Assembly (NCBI GenBank): GCA_017484225.1
Contig: JAFUTN010000008.1
Location: forward strand, 7,440-71,439
DNA: 64,000 nucleotides
Source: Alphaproteobacteria bacterium
GTDB lineage: Bacteria > Pseudomonadota > Alphaproteobacteria > RF32 > CAG-239
Direction: 5' to 3'
In this document: one piece after another, positions 8,108 through 17,160 of the stretch
Position numbering within the stretch: the stretch's first letter is position 1
Layout of the letters: every line of letters begins with the position of its first letter
Notes under the pieces: model-generated
Database searches by the model: none
What the model was told of the DNA's origin: nothing
What the model saw: the letters and a program-made list of their open reading frames with translations, nothing else
Translations under genes and position numbers: made by a program

Positions 8108-9886
8108 TTAATCGGCTTTGCTTATCTCTTTTTTGTATGCCGCATCAACAATGCTTTTTTGCTTTTCGGCATCAAAATCGGCACGAACATTCAGCTGAGG
8201 TGCAACGGCGGAGATAATGTTTTTACTGATAGGAACGGCATTCCAACCGGCGGTGGTATAGCCGTATGTTTCTTTACTGGCTTTAGGATTATCAATAACC
8301 ACCAGCAGAGCATAACGCGGGGCCGAAGCCGGAAAACCGGAAATAAATGTAGACATACTTTTTTTGTGGTTGTATCGTCCGTTTTCCAGTTTATCGGCTG
8401 TTCCGGTTTTTCCGATAACTTGGTATCCTTCTACGTTGGCGCGTTTTCCGGTTCCGCGCACAACTACAGCTCTGAGGAAAGTGCGCATGGATTCGGATGT
8501 TTGTTCGGAAACGACTCGTTTGGCTTTGTGTTTTGTGTCATGTAAAAGTGTCGGTTGTCGGTATAATCCACCGTTGATGATAGATGAAAAAGCGGTGATA
8601 ATGTGCAAAGGTGTGGAATTGATGCCGTATCCGTAACTGATTGTTGCCATGGAAACATCTCCCCAACGCTTTTCACTCAAAAAGTGCGGACGTGCGATTT
8701 CCGGCAATTCAAATTCCGAAAGAGCTTTATCCATATTTATGCTTTGTAAAAATTGACGCTGGAATTTTTTCCCCACCCGCAAAATTTCTAATGTGGAGCC
8801 GATATTTGACGATTCCACCAAAATATCTTCCGGTGTTAAAAGGCCGTGTGAACCGTGCGGATCGGTTATTTTTTTGCGTCCGACAACAATGGCGTGCGAA
8901 GTGTCAAATCTGTCTGTAGGCTTTACTTTCCCGCTTTCAAGACTTAACGCGGTGTTAAACACTTTGAATACCGAACCGGCCTCATAAACACCTTTGGTGG
9001 CAAAATTAAACATCTCTCTTTCGCCTATCTTGTCATTTTTGTTAGGGTCATAGTCGGGAACGGAAGCTAATGCCAAAATTTGTCCGGTATTTACATCCAT
9101 TAAAATAGCAGCTGCTCCGTCGGCATGAAATTGTTCAACTCCGGCAATCAATTCGTCGCGAATTGTGTTTTGCACACCTAAATCAAGCGAAAGCTGCACG
9201 GATTTTGAAGAAGTTGTCAGGCGCTCATTCATAAATTTCTCAAAACCGGAAACACCGTTGTTGTCTACGTCCGTATTTCCCAGCACATGTGCGAAAAGAT
9301 TGTGATGCGGATAAACCCGCTTTTCGCAATTTTCAAATTCCAACCACGGAATTCCCAAGGCGTTTACCTGTGATTGCTGTGCCGGCGAGAGATTCCGCTT
9401 CAAATAAACAAAGGCTCTTTTGCGACTAAGTTTTTCTAAAAATTCTTCATAAGTTTTATCCGGAAAAATAGCTGCTAACTTCTCGGCAGTATCTTCAGGA
9501 TTGCGAATCTTCTTCGCATTGGCAAATAAGTGAACCGTAGGAAGAGATGTGGCAATTATTTCACCGTTACGGTCAAGAATATCAGCGCGTTTTACCGGAT
9601 TTTTCAGCTTAATAAACTCATCAACACCAAGATTATTGTCGGCAATAGCCGTATCTATATTGATGCCGTTACCTAAACAAACACAAATTACGCGGCATGC
9701 TAAAATACAAAAAATCACAAAAAAACAGCAAATTGTGAAAATTGTGCGGCTGCGGCATGTTAAAACATTATCACTTTCCGTGGTGTAGTTTTTCTGCGAC
9801 ATTATACCGCGGGATATTTTGATTTCCTGTCCCGGCAAATAAAACCTGTCATGGTTATTTTTAGAAAAACTAACTTTGAAACCCAT
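8108..9886 (-). CDS. ftsI: Peptidoglycan D,D-transpeptidase FtsI (PBP3)
   Basis: N-terminal TM helix and transpeptidase motifs SVFK and KTGT. Sits directly after ftsL in the dcw order. Confidence 0.9.
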   Translation of the reverse strand: MGFKVSFSKNNHDRFYLPGQEIKISRGIMSQKNYTTESDNVLTCRSRTIFTICCFFVIFCILACRVICVCLGNGINIDTAIADNNLGVDEFIKLKNPVKRADILDRNGEIIATSLPTVHLFANAKKIRNPEDTAEKLAAIFPDKTYEEFLEKLSRKRAFVYLKRNLSPAQQSQVNALGIPWLEFENCEKRVYPHHNLFAHVLGNTDVDNNGVSGFEKFMNERLTTSSKSVQLSLDLGVQNTIRDELIAGVEQFHADGAAAILMDVNTGQILALASVPDYDPNKNDKIGEREMFNFATKGVYEAGSVFKVFNTALSLESGKVKPTDRFDTSHAIVVGRKKITDPHGSHGLLTPEDILVESSNIGSTLEILRVGKKFQRQFLQSINMDKALSEFELPEIARPHFLSEKRWGDVSMATISYGYGINSTPLHIITAFSSIINGGLYRQPTLLHDTKHKAKRVVSEQTSESMRTFLRAVVVRGTGKRANVEGYQVIGKTGTADKLENGRYNHKKSMSTFISGFPASAPRYALLVVIDNPKASKETYGYTTAGWNAVPISKNIISAVAPQLNVRADFDAEKQKSIVDAAYKKEISKAD

Positions 9887-9887
9887 T

Positions 9888-10256
9888 TTATTTTCTCTTC
9901 ACTTCTGCCTTAACCAAAGTCGTTAATTTCTTTTTGTCTGATATAACTTTTGCAGTTTCATCATTTTCTTCATAGTTGAAGTGTAGCGCGGAATAGTTAA
10001 TAATTTGTTCAGGTTTTGCCGTATCAAGCGATAATTGGTCCATTGCCAGCTTGCGTAAGCGCTCCGGCGTGTTGTGGTAGCTCCACTCTGCTTTCAGAAC
10101 GTGAATGCTGTGAATGTCTTTTTGGATATTGTCATTAATGGTGACCAAACGGCGCTCCAAAACCTGGACTCTGTTTTTCAAAATTGAGGAGCCTAAAGCT
10201 ACAAAAAGTGTGAGTGTTAACCACAAAACAACCATTGCCGTTTTTATGTTTCCCAT
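9888..10256 (-). CDS. ftsL: Cell division protein FtsL-like
   Basis: Small bitopic protein (one TM helix plus a coiled region) located between rsmH and ftsI. Confidence 0.7.
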   Translation of the reverse strand: MGNIKTAMVVLWLTLTLFVALGSSILKNRVQVLERRLVTINDNIQKDIHSIHVLKAEWSYHNTPERLRKLAMDQLSLDTAKPEQIINYSALHFNYEENDETAKVISDKKKLTTLVKAEVKRK

Positions 10257-10260
10257 ATTT

Positions 10261-11190
10261 TTATCCTTTCACCGCGTATCTCAGTTTAGCCGAGTGAGCG
10301 CGGAAATTTTTGTTACATTCTTCTTTTGTCGGAATTATGACTTTTGAAATTTCACAAAACAGTTTTTTCTCTGCCTGAGGTTTTGTTTCCGCAGAAATCT
10401 CCGCATATTTGGAAACTCGTTCCCTTTTGTTACTGTTTTCTTTAAAAAACAGCTTAACGATTCTGTCTTCCAACGAATGAAAATCTACAACAACCAGACG
10501 TCCGCCGGATTTCAAGCGTAAACTTGCCGCTTTTAACCCTTTTTCCAATTCACCCAGTTCATCATTAACGGCTATCCGTAAGGCCTGAAATGTGCGGGTT
10601 GCCGGATTTAATTCCCCGAATTTAGGACTGCATATATCATAAATGATGTCGGCTAACTCTGTGGTGGTTTCTATTTCTTTTTGTTGGCGATATTCTACGA
10701 TTTTGCGGGCGATAACACGTGATTTACGCTCTTCTCCGTAGTTGTAAATTAAATCCGCCAAATCGTTTTCGCTATAGGTGTTGACAATATCTTTAGCAGA
10801 AATTCCATCGCAGGACATACGCATATCCAGTTTTGCTTCTTTGGAAAAAGAAAACCCGCGTTCCGCATTGTCTATTTGCATTGAAGACACGCCGATATCA
10901 AATACGGCTCCGTCAATTTCTTCCGAGATTATATCGGCGAAATTACCGAAACATCCGGCTCTGAATTCAAAACGCCACGGATATTTTGCCGCCAGTTCTT
11001 CAGCACGTTGACGAACCGTAGGATCTCTGTCTATGGCTATTACCTTGCAATCGGCCGATTTTAGGATTGCTTCACTGTAGCCGCCGTTGCCGAAGGTGGA
11101 ATCTACATACAGTCCGCCGTCATGGGGCTGAAGATATTGCAATACTTCATCAAGCATAACCGGAATATGTTTAACAGACTGTTGTTCCAT
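10261..11190 (-). CDS. rsmH: 16S rRNA m4C1402 methyltransferase RsmH
   Basis: HIPVMLDEVL and DSTFGNGGYS motifs. I trimmed the ORF to the internal ATG at 11190 (MEQQSVKH), which overlaps the mraZ stop by 1 nt (TAATG). Confidence 0.9.
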   Translation of the reverse strand: MEQQSVKHIPVMLDEVLQYLQPHDGGLYVDSTFGNGGYSEAILKSADCKVIAIDRDPTVRQRAEELAAKYPWRFEFRAGCFGNFADIISEEIDGAVFDIGVSSMQIDNAERGFSFSKEAKLDMRMSCDGISAKDIVNTYSENDLADLIYNYGEERKSRVIARKIVEYRQQKEIETTTELADIIYDICSPKFGELNPATRTFQALRIAVNDELGELEKGLKAASLRLKSGGRLVVVDFHSLEDRIVKLFFKENSNKRERVSKYAEISAETKPQAEKKLFCEISKVIIPTKEECNKNFRAHSAKLRYAVKG

Positions 11191-11657
11191 TAATTTTCCT
11201 CTTTCTCTCTTTTTAAAACCGGACGGTTTTGCATTACTTCGGCGCGAATCCGTTGTTCTTCTTTTTCCCAATTTTCCGGACTCCAAATTTGAAATTTGCG
11301 TCCTTTGCCGACAAATACCGCAGTATCGGTTATTCCGGCGTGTTTAAGCAATTTTTCGCTTAAGAGAATCCTTCCCGTGCTGTCAAAGGTGAAGCGGCGG
11401 GCATCACCGAATATCAGGTTAGTTAAATTGTCTTGTGTTTCGGAAAAAAAGTCTGTCGCATCTTCTATTTGTGTGGCAAGCTTATCCAATAAATCTTCCA
11501 AACATCCCTCAATACAAGGGGAGGTGAGACTGCGATAACAAACAATTTCCGTTGATAATTCTTTAACCATGGCGCGGTAATCTGACGGCAAGGAAACGCG
11601 CCCTTTGGCGTCTACCTTGTTTATGATGGTATCCATAAAGAGAAACACTTTTCTCAT
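11190..11657 (-). CDS. mraZ: Transcriptional regulator MraZ
   Basis: Two SpoVT/AbrB-like halves (DAKGRVSLP ... DSTGRILL). First gene of the dcw cluster. Confidence 0.9.
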   Translation of the reverse strand: MRKVFLFMDTIINKVDAKGRVSLPSDYRAMVKELSTEIVCYRSLTSPCIEGCLEDLLDKLATQIEDATDFFSETQDNLTNLIFGDARRFTFDSTGRILLSEKLLKHAGITDTAVFVGKGRKFQIWSPENWEKEEQRIRAEVMQNRPVLKREKEEN

Positions 11658-11695
11658 TGCCAGATTCCTTTAATCGGGTTAACTCACATACTAAA

Positions 11696-11731
11696 TGGTA
11701 TAACATGGTATTTTGTGGGATTCAATGGTAT
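11696..11731 (+). promoter_or_regulatory. Four direct repeats TGG(T/G)AT at an exact 10-bp period (candidate MraZ operator)
   Basis: TGGTAT 11696, TGGTAT 11706, TGGGAT 11716, TGGTAT 11726. They lie 39-74 nt upstream of the mraZ start codon. Confidence 0.5.
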
Positions 11732-11868
11732 TTTTTAGTGTTTCATTAACTGTTCGCCATTTGTTCTGCTTAAAAAAATAAATAGACAAGTAAAATCAAT
11801 AACTTATCGTGCAAAAAAAATTGTGGAAAAATTTTTGCGTAAGGAACTGACCGTTAAATAAGCACAAC

Positions 11869-11899
11869 AAAAAAGCACCGAAAGTTACCTAAGCGGTGC
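11869..11899 (-). terminator. Intrinsic terminator after engB
   Basis: Read on the minus strand: GCACCG-loop-CGGTGC followed by TTTTTT. Confidence 0.7.
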
Positions 11900-11917
11900 A
11901 AACAGTGATGAATAAAA

Positions 11918-12562
11918 TCAAAAAAAGTTACTGAAAATTGAACAGATTTCTGCCTGCAACATTTCCAAACCGGAGCGCTTTTCCGAGCTGGTTGCGAGCA
12001 AATCATTCATTGCCGCCGCATGTTTTTTTATTTCCGCAACGGTTGACTGTATTACCTTCTCTAACTCGGCAGAGTTTATTTTATCGGTTTTAGTCAGAAC
12101 AATTTGATACGGGACTGCCGCTGTATCCAACATTTTCATTATTTCCAAATCTTCTTTTTTTATTCCGTGCCGCGAATCTATCAAAACAAAGACACGGCGC
12201 AGATTCGGACGACCGCGCAAATAGGCTTTGAGAACAGCCTGCCATTTTTTAACCAGTTGCTCCGGAGCTTTTGCGTAGCCGTATCCCGGCAAGTCAACAA
12301 TGTATATTTGATTATCAAAATCAAAGAAATTTAATTGTTGAGTGCGCCCCGGAGTTCCGGAGGTTTTAGCTAATTTTTTTTGCCTGAAAAGGGCATTTAT
12401 CAGGCTGGATTTCCCAACATTGGAACGTCCGGCAAAGGCAATTTCATCTCGGTCTGCTTCCGGCAGTTGATGCAAATCGGCAACGCTGATAACAAAATCG
12501 CAACGGTGTGAGAATTGTTCTGCGGCTCGGTTTAGCTGTTCGGTTGTGTATTTTTCGCTCAT
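11918..12562 (-). CDS. engB: Ribosome biogenesis GTPase YihA/EngB
   Basis: G1 motif GRSNVGKSSLINAL, DLPGYG, TKTDK. Overlaps the yidC stop by 4 nt. Confidence 0.9.
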   Translation of the reverse strand: MSEKYTTEQLNRAAEQFSHRCDFVISVADLHQLPEADRDEIAFAGRSNVGKSSLINALFRQKKLAKTSGTPGRTQQLNFFDFDNQIYIVDLPGYGYAKAPEQLVKKWQAVLKAYLRGRPNLRRVFVLIDSRHGIKKEDLEIMKMLDTAAVPYQIVLTKTDKINSAELEKVIQSTVAEIKKHAAAMNDLLATSSEKRSGLEMLQAEICSIFSNFF

Positions 12563-14271
12563 TTAACCCCGTTTTTGTGCATAATTGCTTTTTGTTGAAT
12601 GATAGATAAAATATTGCTCAGAGTCCAGTAAATAACCAATCCGGAAGCAAAATGCGCAAACATAAGCGTGAAAATTATCGGCATGAGTGCAAACATTCTG
12701 GCTTGGTCTTTATTGGCAGGAGCCGGATTTAATTTTTGTTGCAGATACATTGTTAAGCCGTAAATGATTGGCCATACACCTATATCAAGAGCGGACGGAA
12801 CATAAATATGAGCCCAAGTTGAAATAGTGAGCGGGTCCGGAGCCGATAAGTCTTTTATCCAGCCGATAAACGGTGCATGACGGATTTCTATGGCAATGTT
12901 TAATACCTTATACAACGAAAAGAAAATCGGTATTTGAATAAACATCGGCAGACAACCGGAGGCCGGATTAACCTTTTCTTTGCGATAAAGTTCCATGGTT
13001 GCTTGTTGCAGAGCCATTTTGTTATCTTTGTATATTTGCTGCAAAGCCATAACTTTCGGCTGAATTTTTTTCATTTTAGACATGCTGTCAAACGATTTGT
13101 TGGCAATCGGGAACATCAATAAACGCAAAATCGCCGCAAAAACAATGATGGCCCATCCCATGTTGCCGATTAAATGATACAAAAAGTCTAAAATATAGAA
13201 AAACGGCTTAGTTAAAAAGTAATACCAACCGAAATCAACTGCCAAATCAAATTTATTAATTTTTTCGGCATATTTATCCAGCAATTTGATTTCTTTGGCA
13301 CCGGCAAACATTGCCGACGATATTTCTTTTGTTTCTCCGGCTGCAACGGTTAAGTTTTTACCTTTAAAATCCAACTGATAAATATTTTTGCGCACATTGC
13401 GAACATTTATGTCATACAGTGTTCCCGGATTGAATATAAAAGCCCCGAACCAATATTTATCGGTTAAGGATACCCATCCGTCCGTATCTTCAAACTTTTG
13501 GAAATTTTTATCTTCGGGCATTTGCTCGCCGACTTTGTATTGCTTATCAAACTTTTTTTCGTGCAAGTCACTGAAGTTATATTCTTTCAAATCTCCGTCA
13601 ATAATACCGGTAAACCCTTGGTGAACAATGCTTCTTCCTTCTTTTTGCACATCAAAATGTTTGCTCATAAGACCATACGGAATCAGTGTTACTTCTTTGC
13701 CGGTGTTGTTGGTTACGTGTTGTGTGATGTTGAATAAATAATTTTTATCAAGGGAAATTTGCATATCAAAAATGAGGCCCTCTCCATTGTCCCATGTCAA
13801 TACAACCGGAGAATCCGGCGTTAATTCGGTGCTGTTTGTCTGCCATAGTGTATTTGAATTTGGCAATTTTAATGAATTGTCGGCAGAAAGCCAGCCGTAT
13901 TCGGCATAAAAAGCGGATTCCGTTTTTGCCGGAGCAAATAATTCTACCAACGGACTGTCTTGGGCTATTGTCTGCTTGTATTTTGAAAGTAAAATATCAT
14001 CAAAGCGGGCACCTTTCAGGCGGATGGAACCGCTGATATCGGAGTTTTTAAGAGGAATACGGACATCTTGCAGCACAATTTCGTCTTTGAGAGCAAATTG
14101 TTCTTCACCGTTTTCAATTATAACCGCATCTTGTTCTTCTTGAGTAATTTGAGCTTCAAAATCAGGTTCGGTTTGCTGCGGTTGATTTATCGGGAAAAAA
14201 TAGTTAATGCCGGTAACAGCTATAGCCGACAAAACAATGGCAATACAAAAACTCTTAAAATCATCTTTCAT
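12559..14271 (-). CDS. yidC: Membrane protein insertase YidC
   Basis: Large periplasmic domain plus the conserved C-terminal 5-TM core (GWAIIVFAAILRLLMFP...). Position is downstream of yidD. Confidence 0.95.
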   Translation of the reverse strand: MKDDFKSFCIAIVLSAIAVTGINYFFPINQPQQTEPDFEAQITQEEQDAVIIENGEEQFALKDEIVLQDVRIPLKNSDISGSIRLKGARFDDILLSKYKQTIAQDSPLVELFAPAKTESAFYAEYGWLSADNSLKLPNSNTLWQTNSTELTPDSPVVLTWDNGEGLIFDMQISLDKNYLFNITQHVTNNTGKEVTLIPYGLMSKHFDVQKEGRSIVHQGFTGIIDGDLKEYNFSDLHEKKFDKQYKVGEQMPEDKNFQKFEDTDGWVSLTDKYWFGAFIFNPGTLYDINVRNVRKNIYQLDFKGKNLTVAAGETKEISSAMFAGAKEIKLLDKYAEKINKFDLAVDFGWYYFLTKPFFYILDFLYHLIGNMGWAIIVFAAILRLLMFPIANKSFDSMSKMKKIQPKVMALQQIYKDNKMALQQATMELYRKEKVNPASGCLPMFIQIPIFFSLYKVLNIAIEIRHAPFIGWIKDLSAPDPLTISTWAHIYVPSALDIGVWPIIYGLTMYLQQKLNPAPANKDQARMFALMPIIFTLMFAHFASGLVIYWTLSNILSIIQQKAIMHKNGVK

Positions 14272-14336
14272 TTAATAAACTCCCAAACAAAATTTATTCA
14301 TTCATAAAGCATAAGTTTGCTAAAAGCAACTTTTTA

Positions 14337-14573
14337 TCACAACTTATGCTTTTTTTCTTTTTTCAAAGGGACGGGGTCATATCCGCTTTTTCCCCACGGA
14401 TGACAGCGCAAAATCCGTTTCACTCCCAAATATACTCCTTTGATAATGCCGTGAGTTGTTATGGCTTGAGCCATATATTGAGAACAGGTCGGACGGAACC
14501 TGCATACCCCCGGAAAAAACGGTGAGATAAAAAGTTGATAAAGCCTAATCAGCAACAGCAGAAATTTTTTCAT
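14337..14573 (-). CDS. yidD: Membrane protein insertion efficiency factor YidD
   Basis: [10 protein letters not shown] motif, 78 aa, located between rnpA and yidC. Confidence 0.9.
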   Translation of the reverse strand: MKKFLLLLIRLYQLFISPFFPGVCRFRPTCSQYMAQAITTHGIIKGVYLGVKRILRCHPWGKSGYDPVPLKKEKKHKL

Positions 14574-14946
14574 CTTCCGAACATTTTTCCAATGAACGCT
14601 GCTTGAAAATTTTGTTAATCTTTCGCAAAGCCCAAATTACACTTTTGCGAAGTTCTTCGTAGGAGCAGTCTATGGTGGAGTATCTTCCGATTAAAACATA
14701 ATCAACCCCGTTTACGGTATATTTTTCGGCGACTTCACGCATAACGGCACGCATTCTGCGCTTAACAAAATTGCGAATATGTGCTTTGCCGATTTTTTTT
14801 GTTGCGGTAAAACCGATACGGGCAGGAGATACGGGGACAGAATCGTTTAAAGCCGCCTGAATAACCACATTATGAGTAACCATGGATATATCCTTGGCGG
14901 CTTTTAAAAAATACTTTCTCTTTTTTAAGACAGTAAATTTGCCCAT
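14545..14946 (-). CDS. rnpA: RNase P protein component
   Basis: Small basic protein ([21 protein letters not shown]) immediately downstream of rpmH. Confidence 0.85.
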   Translation of the reverse strand: MGKFTVLKKRKYFLKAAKDISMVTHNVVIQAALNDSVPVSPARIGFTATKKIGKAHIRNFVKRRMRAVMREVAEKYTVNGVDYVLIGRYSTIDCSYEELRKSVIWALRKINKIFKQRSLEKCSEDEKISAVAD

Positions 14947-14958
14947 GAGAAAACGCTT

Positions 14959-15093
14959 TTAAGCAGAAAGTCTTTTACGTCCTCTTGCTCTGCGGGCAGC
15001 TAACACTTTGCGTCCGCTTGCGGTAGCCATACGTGTTCTGAAACCGTGGCGACGGGTGCGAACCAATTTACTAGGTTGATAAGTTCTTTTCAT
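14959..15093 (-). CDS. rpmH: 50S ribosomal protein L34
   Basis: My own translation: [44 protein letters not shown]. It is too short to appear in the ORF track. Confidence 0.95.
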   Translation of the reverse strand: MKRTYQPSKLVRTRRHGFRTRMATASGRKVLAARRARGRKRLSA

Positions 15094-15169
15094 TTTTAAA
15101 ATCTCCGGTTAGTTATTAGTTATTTAAAACTTGCATTGAAGAGCAAGTTCTCGGTTATTTTCGCTACTC

Positions 15170-15197
15170 TTTATAACAGATAATTTTCGGATGTCAA
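15170..15197 (-). promoter_or_regulatory. Sigma70-like promoter for rpmH-rnpA-yidD-yidC
   Basis: Minus strand: TTGACA (15197..15192), N16, TATAAA (15175..15170). Confidence 0.45.
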
Positions 15198-15219
15198 TAA
15201 AAAGATTTTGCGTTAGTTT

Positions 15220-15927
15220 TTACTCAAAAATCCACTCAATCATGTTTTCGTTATCGTTACTGGTTGCCGCATCCGCTTCCGGTAAAGTGTAACGTGTGCG
15301 CATGCAAAACCCATAATATGAAGTGTATTCTGCATAACAACTACTTATGCAACCAACTCCCGCTTGCACGAATTTTTCTCCGCAATTTCCGCAGTCTCCG
15401 GTTTTTCGGCAGTTTGATAATTTTGAAGCAACAAAAGTATCTCTATTACTGGCTGCAATCGTATCCGGACCATAGATAATACCATCCGGAATACCGACAT
15501 ATTCAAGCTTTGCTGTTTCCCCGAAAGCGATACCGCCTATTTCCTGCACATTAGGTAAATCAATACTTTTAAGGGAACGTGCGGCAAAAAATGCAGCATC
15601 ACCGACACGGGTTATATTTTCCGTTCCCGTTATATCTTGCAATCTGGAGGCATCTTTAAAAGTTCTGGCTCCAATACTGGTAACATTCCCTTCAATAACG
15701 GCATGGACAATGTTTTTGCTTACCCATGGTGCTGTAGATGATACACCGCCATCTAAATAATCGTAATCAGCCATTTCGCCACTACCGGAGATGGTTAAAG
15801 TCTTACTTGTCTCATCATAAACGCATTTTACGTTTTCTCCATAATTTCCGTTTGCATCTTGTTTTCCGCAATTCCATGTTTCGGCTTTTACTTTATCTAA
15901 AGCAGACAGTAAAACCAGAAAAACCAA
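15220..15927 (-). CDS. BspA-type LRR / Cys-rich protein, IEWIFE-tail family, paralog 2. The signal peptide is interrupted by an in-frame TAG, so this may be a pseudogene.
   Basis: LTISGSGEMADYDY, repeats IGARTF/VGDAAF/IGGIAF, tail RYTLPEADAATSNDNENMIEWIFE. The tracked ORF starts at a TTG. In the same frame upstream lies ATGAAAAGGATG... (15969), homologous to the paralog 1 start, then TAG at 15931..15933. Confidence 0.7.
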   Translation of the reverse strand: MVFLVLLSALDKVKAETWNCGKQDANGNYGENVKCVYDETSKTLTISGSGEMADYDYLDGGVSSTAPWVSKNIVHAVIEGNVTSIGARTFKDASRLQDITGTENITRVGDAAFFAARSLKSIDLPNVQEIGGIAFGETAKLEYVGIPDGIIYGPDTIAASNRDTFVASKLSNCRKTGDCGNCGEKFVQAGVGCISSCYAEYTSYYGFCMRTRYTLPEADAATSNDNENMIEWIFE

Positions 15928-15969
15928 GCTCTAGAATCTTAAATGTATCATTTCAAACATCCTTTTCAT

Positions 15970-16183
15970 TAAAATTAAACCAATAAAAAATCCCGTTCAA
16001 AAACGGGCGGATGTTAGTAAACCACAATTAAGCAAATGGCTCGGCGATTTCGTGCTAAAGCCTTATAACACCGACATCCGCTCAACAAAATGAACGAATT
16101 ATCGGTTAAAACCTATAATCGCATAAACTGCGATGCTTAATTGAAGGGTTACTACGCCCTGAAGTGTGTTTTTTCACACTCTA
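15970..16183 (-). promoter_or_regulatory. Structured 5' leader RNA L2 of LRR paralog 2
   Basis: Homologous to L1 over its whole length, including the 44-nt core at 16081..16038. Stems are conserved through compensatory or wholesale stem replacement. Confidence 0.55.
15984..16007 (-). terminator. Intrinsic terminator inside leader L2
   Basis: Minus strand: CCCGTT-TTTG-AACGGG, then A and TTTTTT. Confidence 0.55.
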
Positions 16184-16189
16184 CGGACG

Positions 16190-16218
16190 ATTCTAACAAA
16201 TGCAAATAGGATTGTAAA
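16190..16218 (-). promoter_or_regulatory. Sigma70-like promoter of leader L2
   Basis: Minus strand: TTTACA (16218..16213), N17, TAGAAT (16195..16190). Confidence 0.6.
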
Positions 16219-16235
16219 GGATTAATTTGTTTGGT

Positions 16236-16269
16236 AAAAAAATGGTGTCCGCCTTAGGAGGGGGACACC
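16236..16269 (-). terminator. Intrinsic terminator after the GC-rich lipoprotein gene
   Basis: Minus strand: GGTGTCC-CCCTCCTAAGGC-GGACACC, then A and TTTTTTT. Confidence 0.8.
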
Positions 16270-16278
16270 GAAAATTTG

Positions 16279-16980
16279 TTAATACTTGAGCGGGAATTCT
16301 CCGACAGGAGCATCCGGCTTGCACTTTTTCATAAACAGTTTCAATACTTTTGTCGTCGTCGCCGGCGAGTAATCGGCATTGTCCTGATCAATCAGAGACC
16401 ACTCATTTCCCTTGCAGAGCAAAACATCATACTTCTTGTCGCTCTGCTTGTTGATGATGTAGATACGGTCATACTTTGCCTCAATTAAGTAATTGTAGTC
16501 AAAGTCATACATTCCATAGGCATTCAGCCCCTTGAAGACAATCTTGTCACCCAGCAGATAAATTTCCGCAAACGGACCGAAAATGTAGCCTTTTTCAGGC
16601 ACATAGAGAATCGGCTTGTCAGATTCGTTGGTCAGCCAAACGACATCTCCTTCCGTCCTGATAGACTTGAAGGATGATTCAAAGCGCAGACGGTCACCGT
16701 TAATCTTGTAGAGATCAAATGTGCCGTCATCACGAAACGCCAGAATCAGGCCGGCCTCGCCGACAAACTCAGCACTGGTGTAGACAAAGTCTTCAGCTGC
16801 ACGGAACTTGCCGTCCTCGCCCTTAATCTGCAGGGTAACACCCGGAGTTCCGTCGGGCAGTGCTTCACTGAAAGTGTAAACGTCACCTGCTACCGGTGTT
16901 GCTTCCGGAGTCTTGTTGCCACAACTTGCCATGGTCACAGCTATCGCCACAACCAGACATACATAAATAATCTTTTTCAT
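16279..16980 (-). CDS. Lipoprotein of unknown function, compositionally foreign (GC-rich)
   Basis: Lipobox TMASCGN. Codon choice (CTG, GGC, GCC, ACC, CGT) clearly differs from the neighbouring genes. It has its own promoter and terminator. Confidence 0.7.
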   Translation of the reverse strand: MKKIIYVCLVVAIAVTMASCGNKTPEATPVAGDVYTFSEALPDGTPGVTLQIKGEDGKFRAAEDFVYTSAEFVGEAGLILAFRDDGTFDLYKINGDRLRFESSFKSIRTEGDVVWLTNESDKPILYVPEKGYIFGPFAEIYLLGDKIVFKGLNAYGMYDFDYNYLIEAKYDRIYIINKQSDKKYDVLLCKGNEWSLIDQDNADYSPATTTKVLKLFMKKCKPDAPVGEFPLKY

Positions 16981-17029
16981 GTGGAAAAAATTTAAGTTAA
17001 TAAATAAATAATATCAATCACACCCATAA

Positions 17030-17058
17030 TTTATAGTCCTTTGGGCTGAATTTGTCAA
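17030..17058 (-). promoter_or_regulatory. Sigma70-like promoter for the GC-rich lipoprotein gene
   Basis: Minus strand: TTGACA (17058..17053), N17, TATAAA (17035..17030). Confidence 0.5.
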
Positions 17059-17160
17059 ATATTTTTTGTCAAAAATGAAAAATATTTTAACAACAGATGC
17101 AAAAAATGCTTGATTCTTTGCAAAGTTTATAATATTTGTAAGTAGCTTTTGAAAAAGTGT

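Noticed and set aside
10261-11286. Long N-terminal extensions of tracked ORFs: rsmH to 11286, paralog 3 to 37529, 58670 gene to 59743, GT2 from 50665, pagP to 42174, recJ to 44634, pgi from 21728, nusG from 60360
   Set aside because: The extensions overlap upstream genes, terminators or leaders and lack an SD. Internal ATGs with an SD and conserved N-termini fit better, so I trimmed the coordinates.
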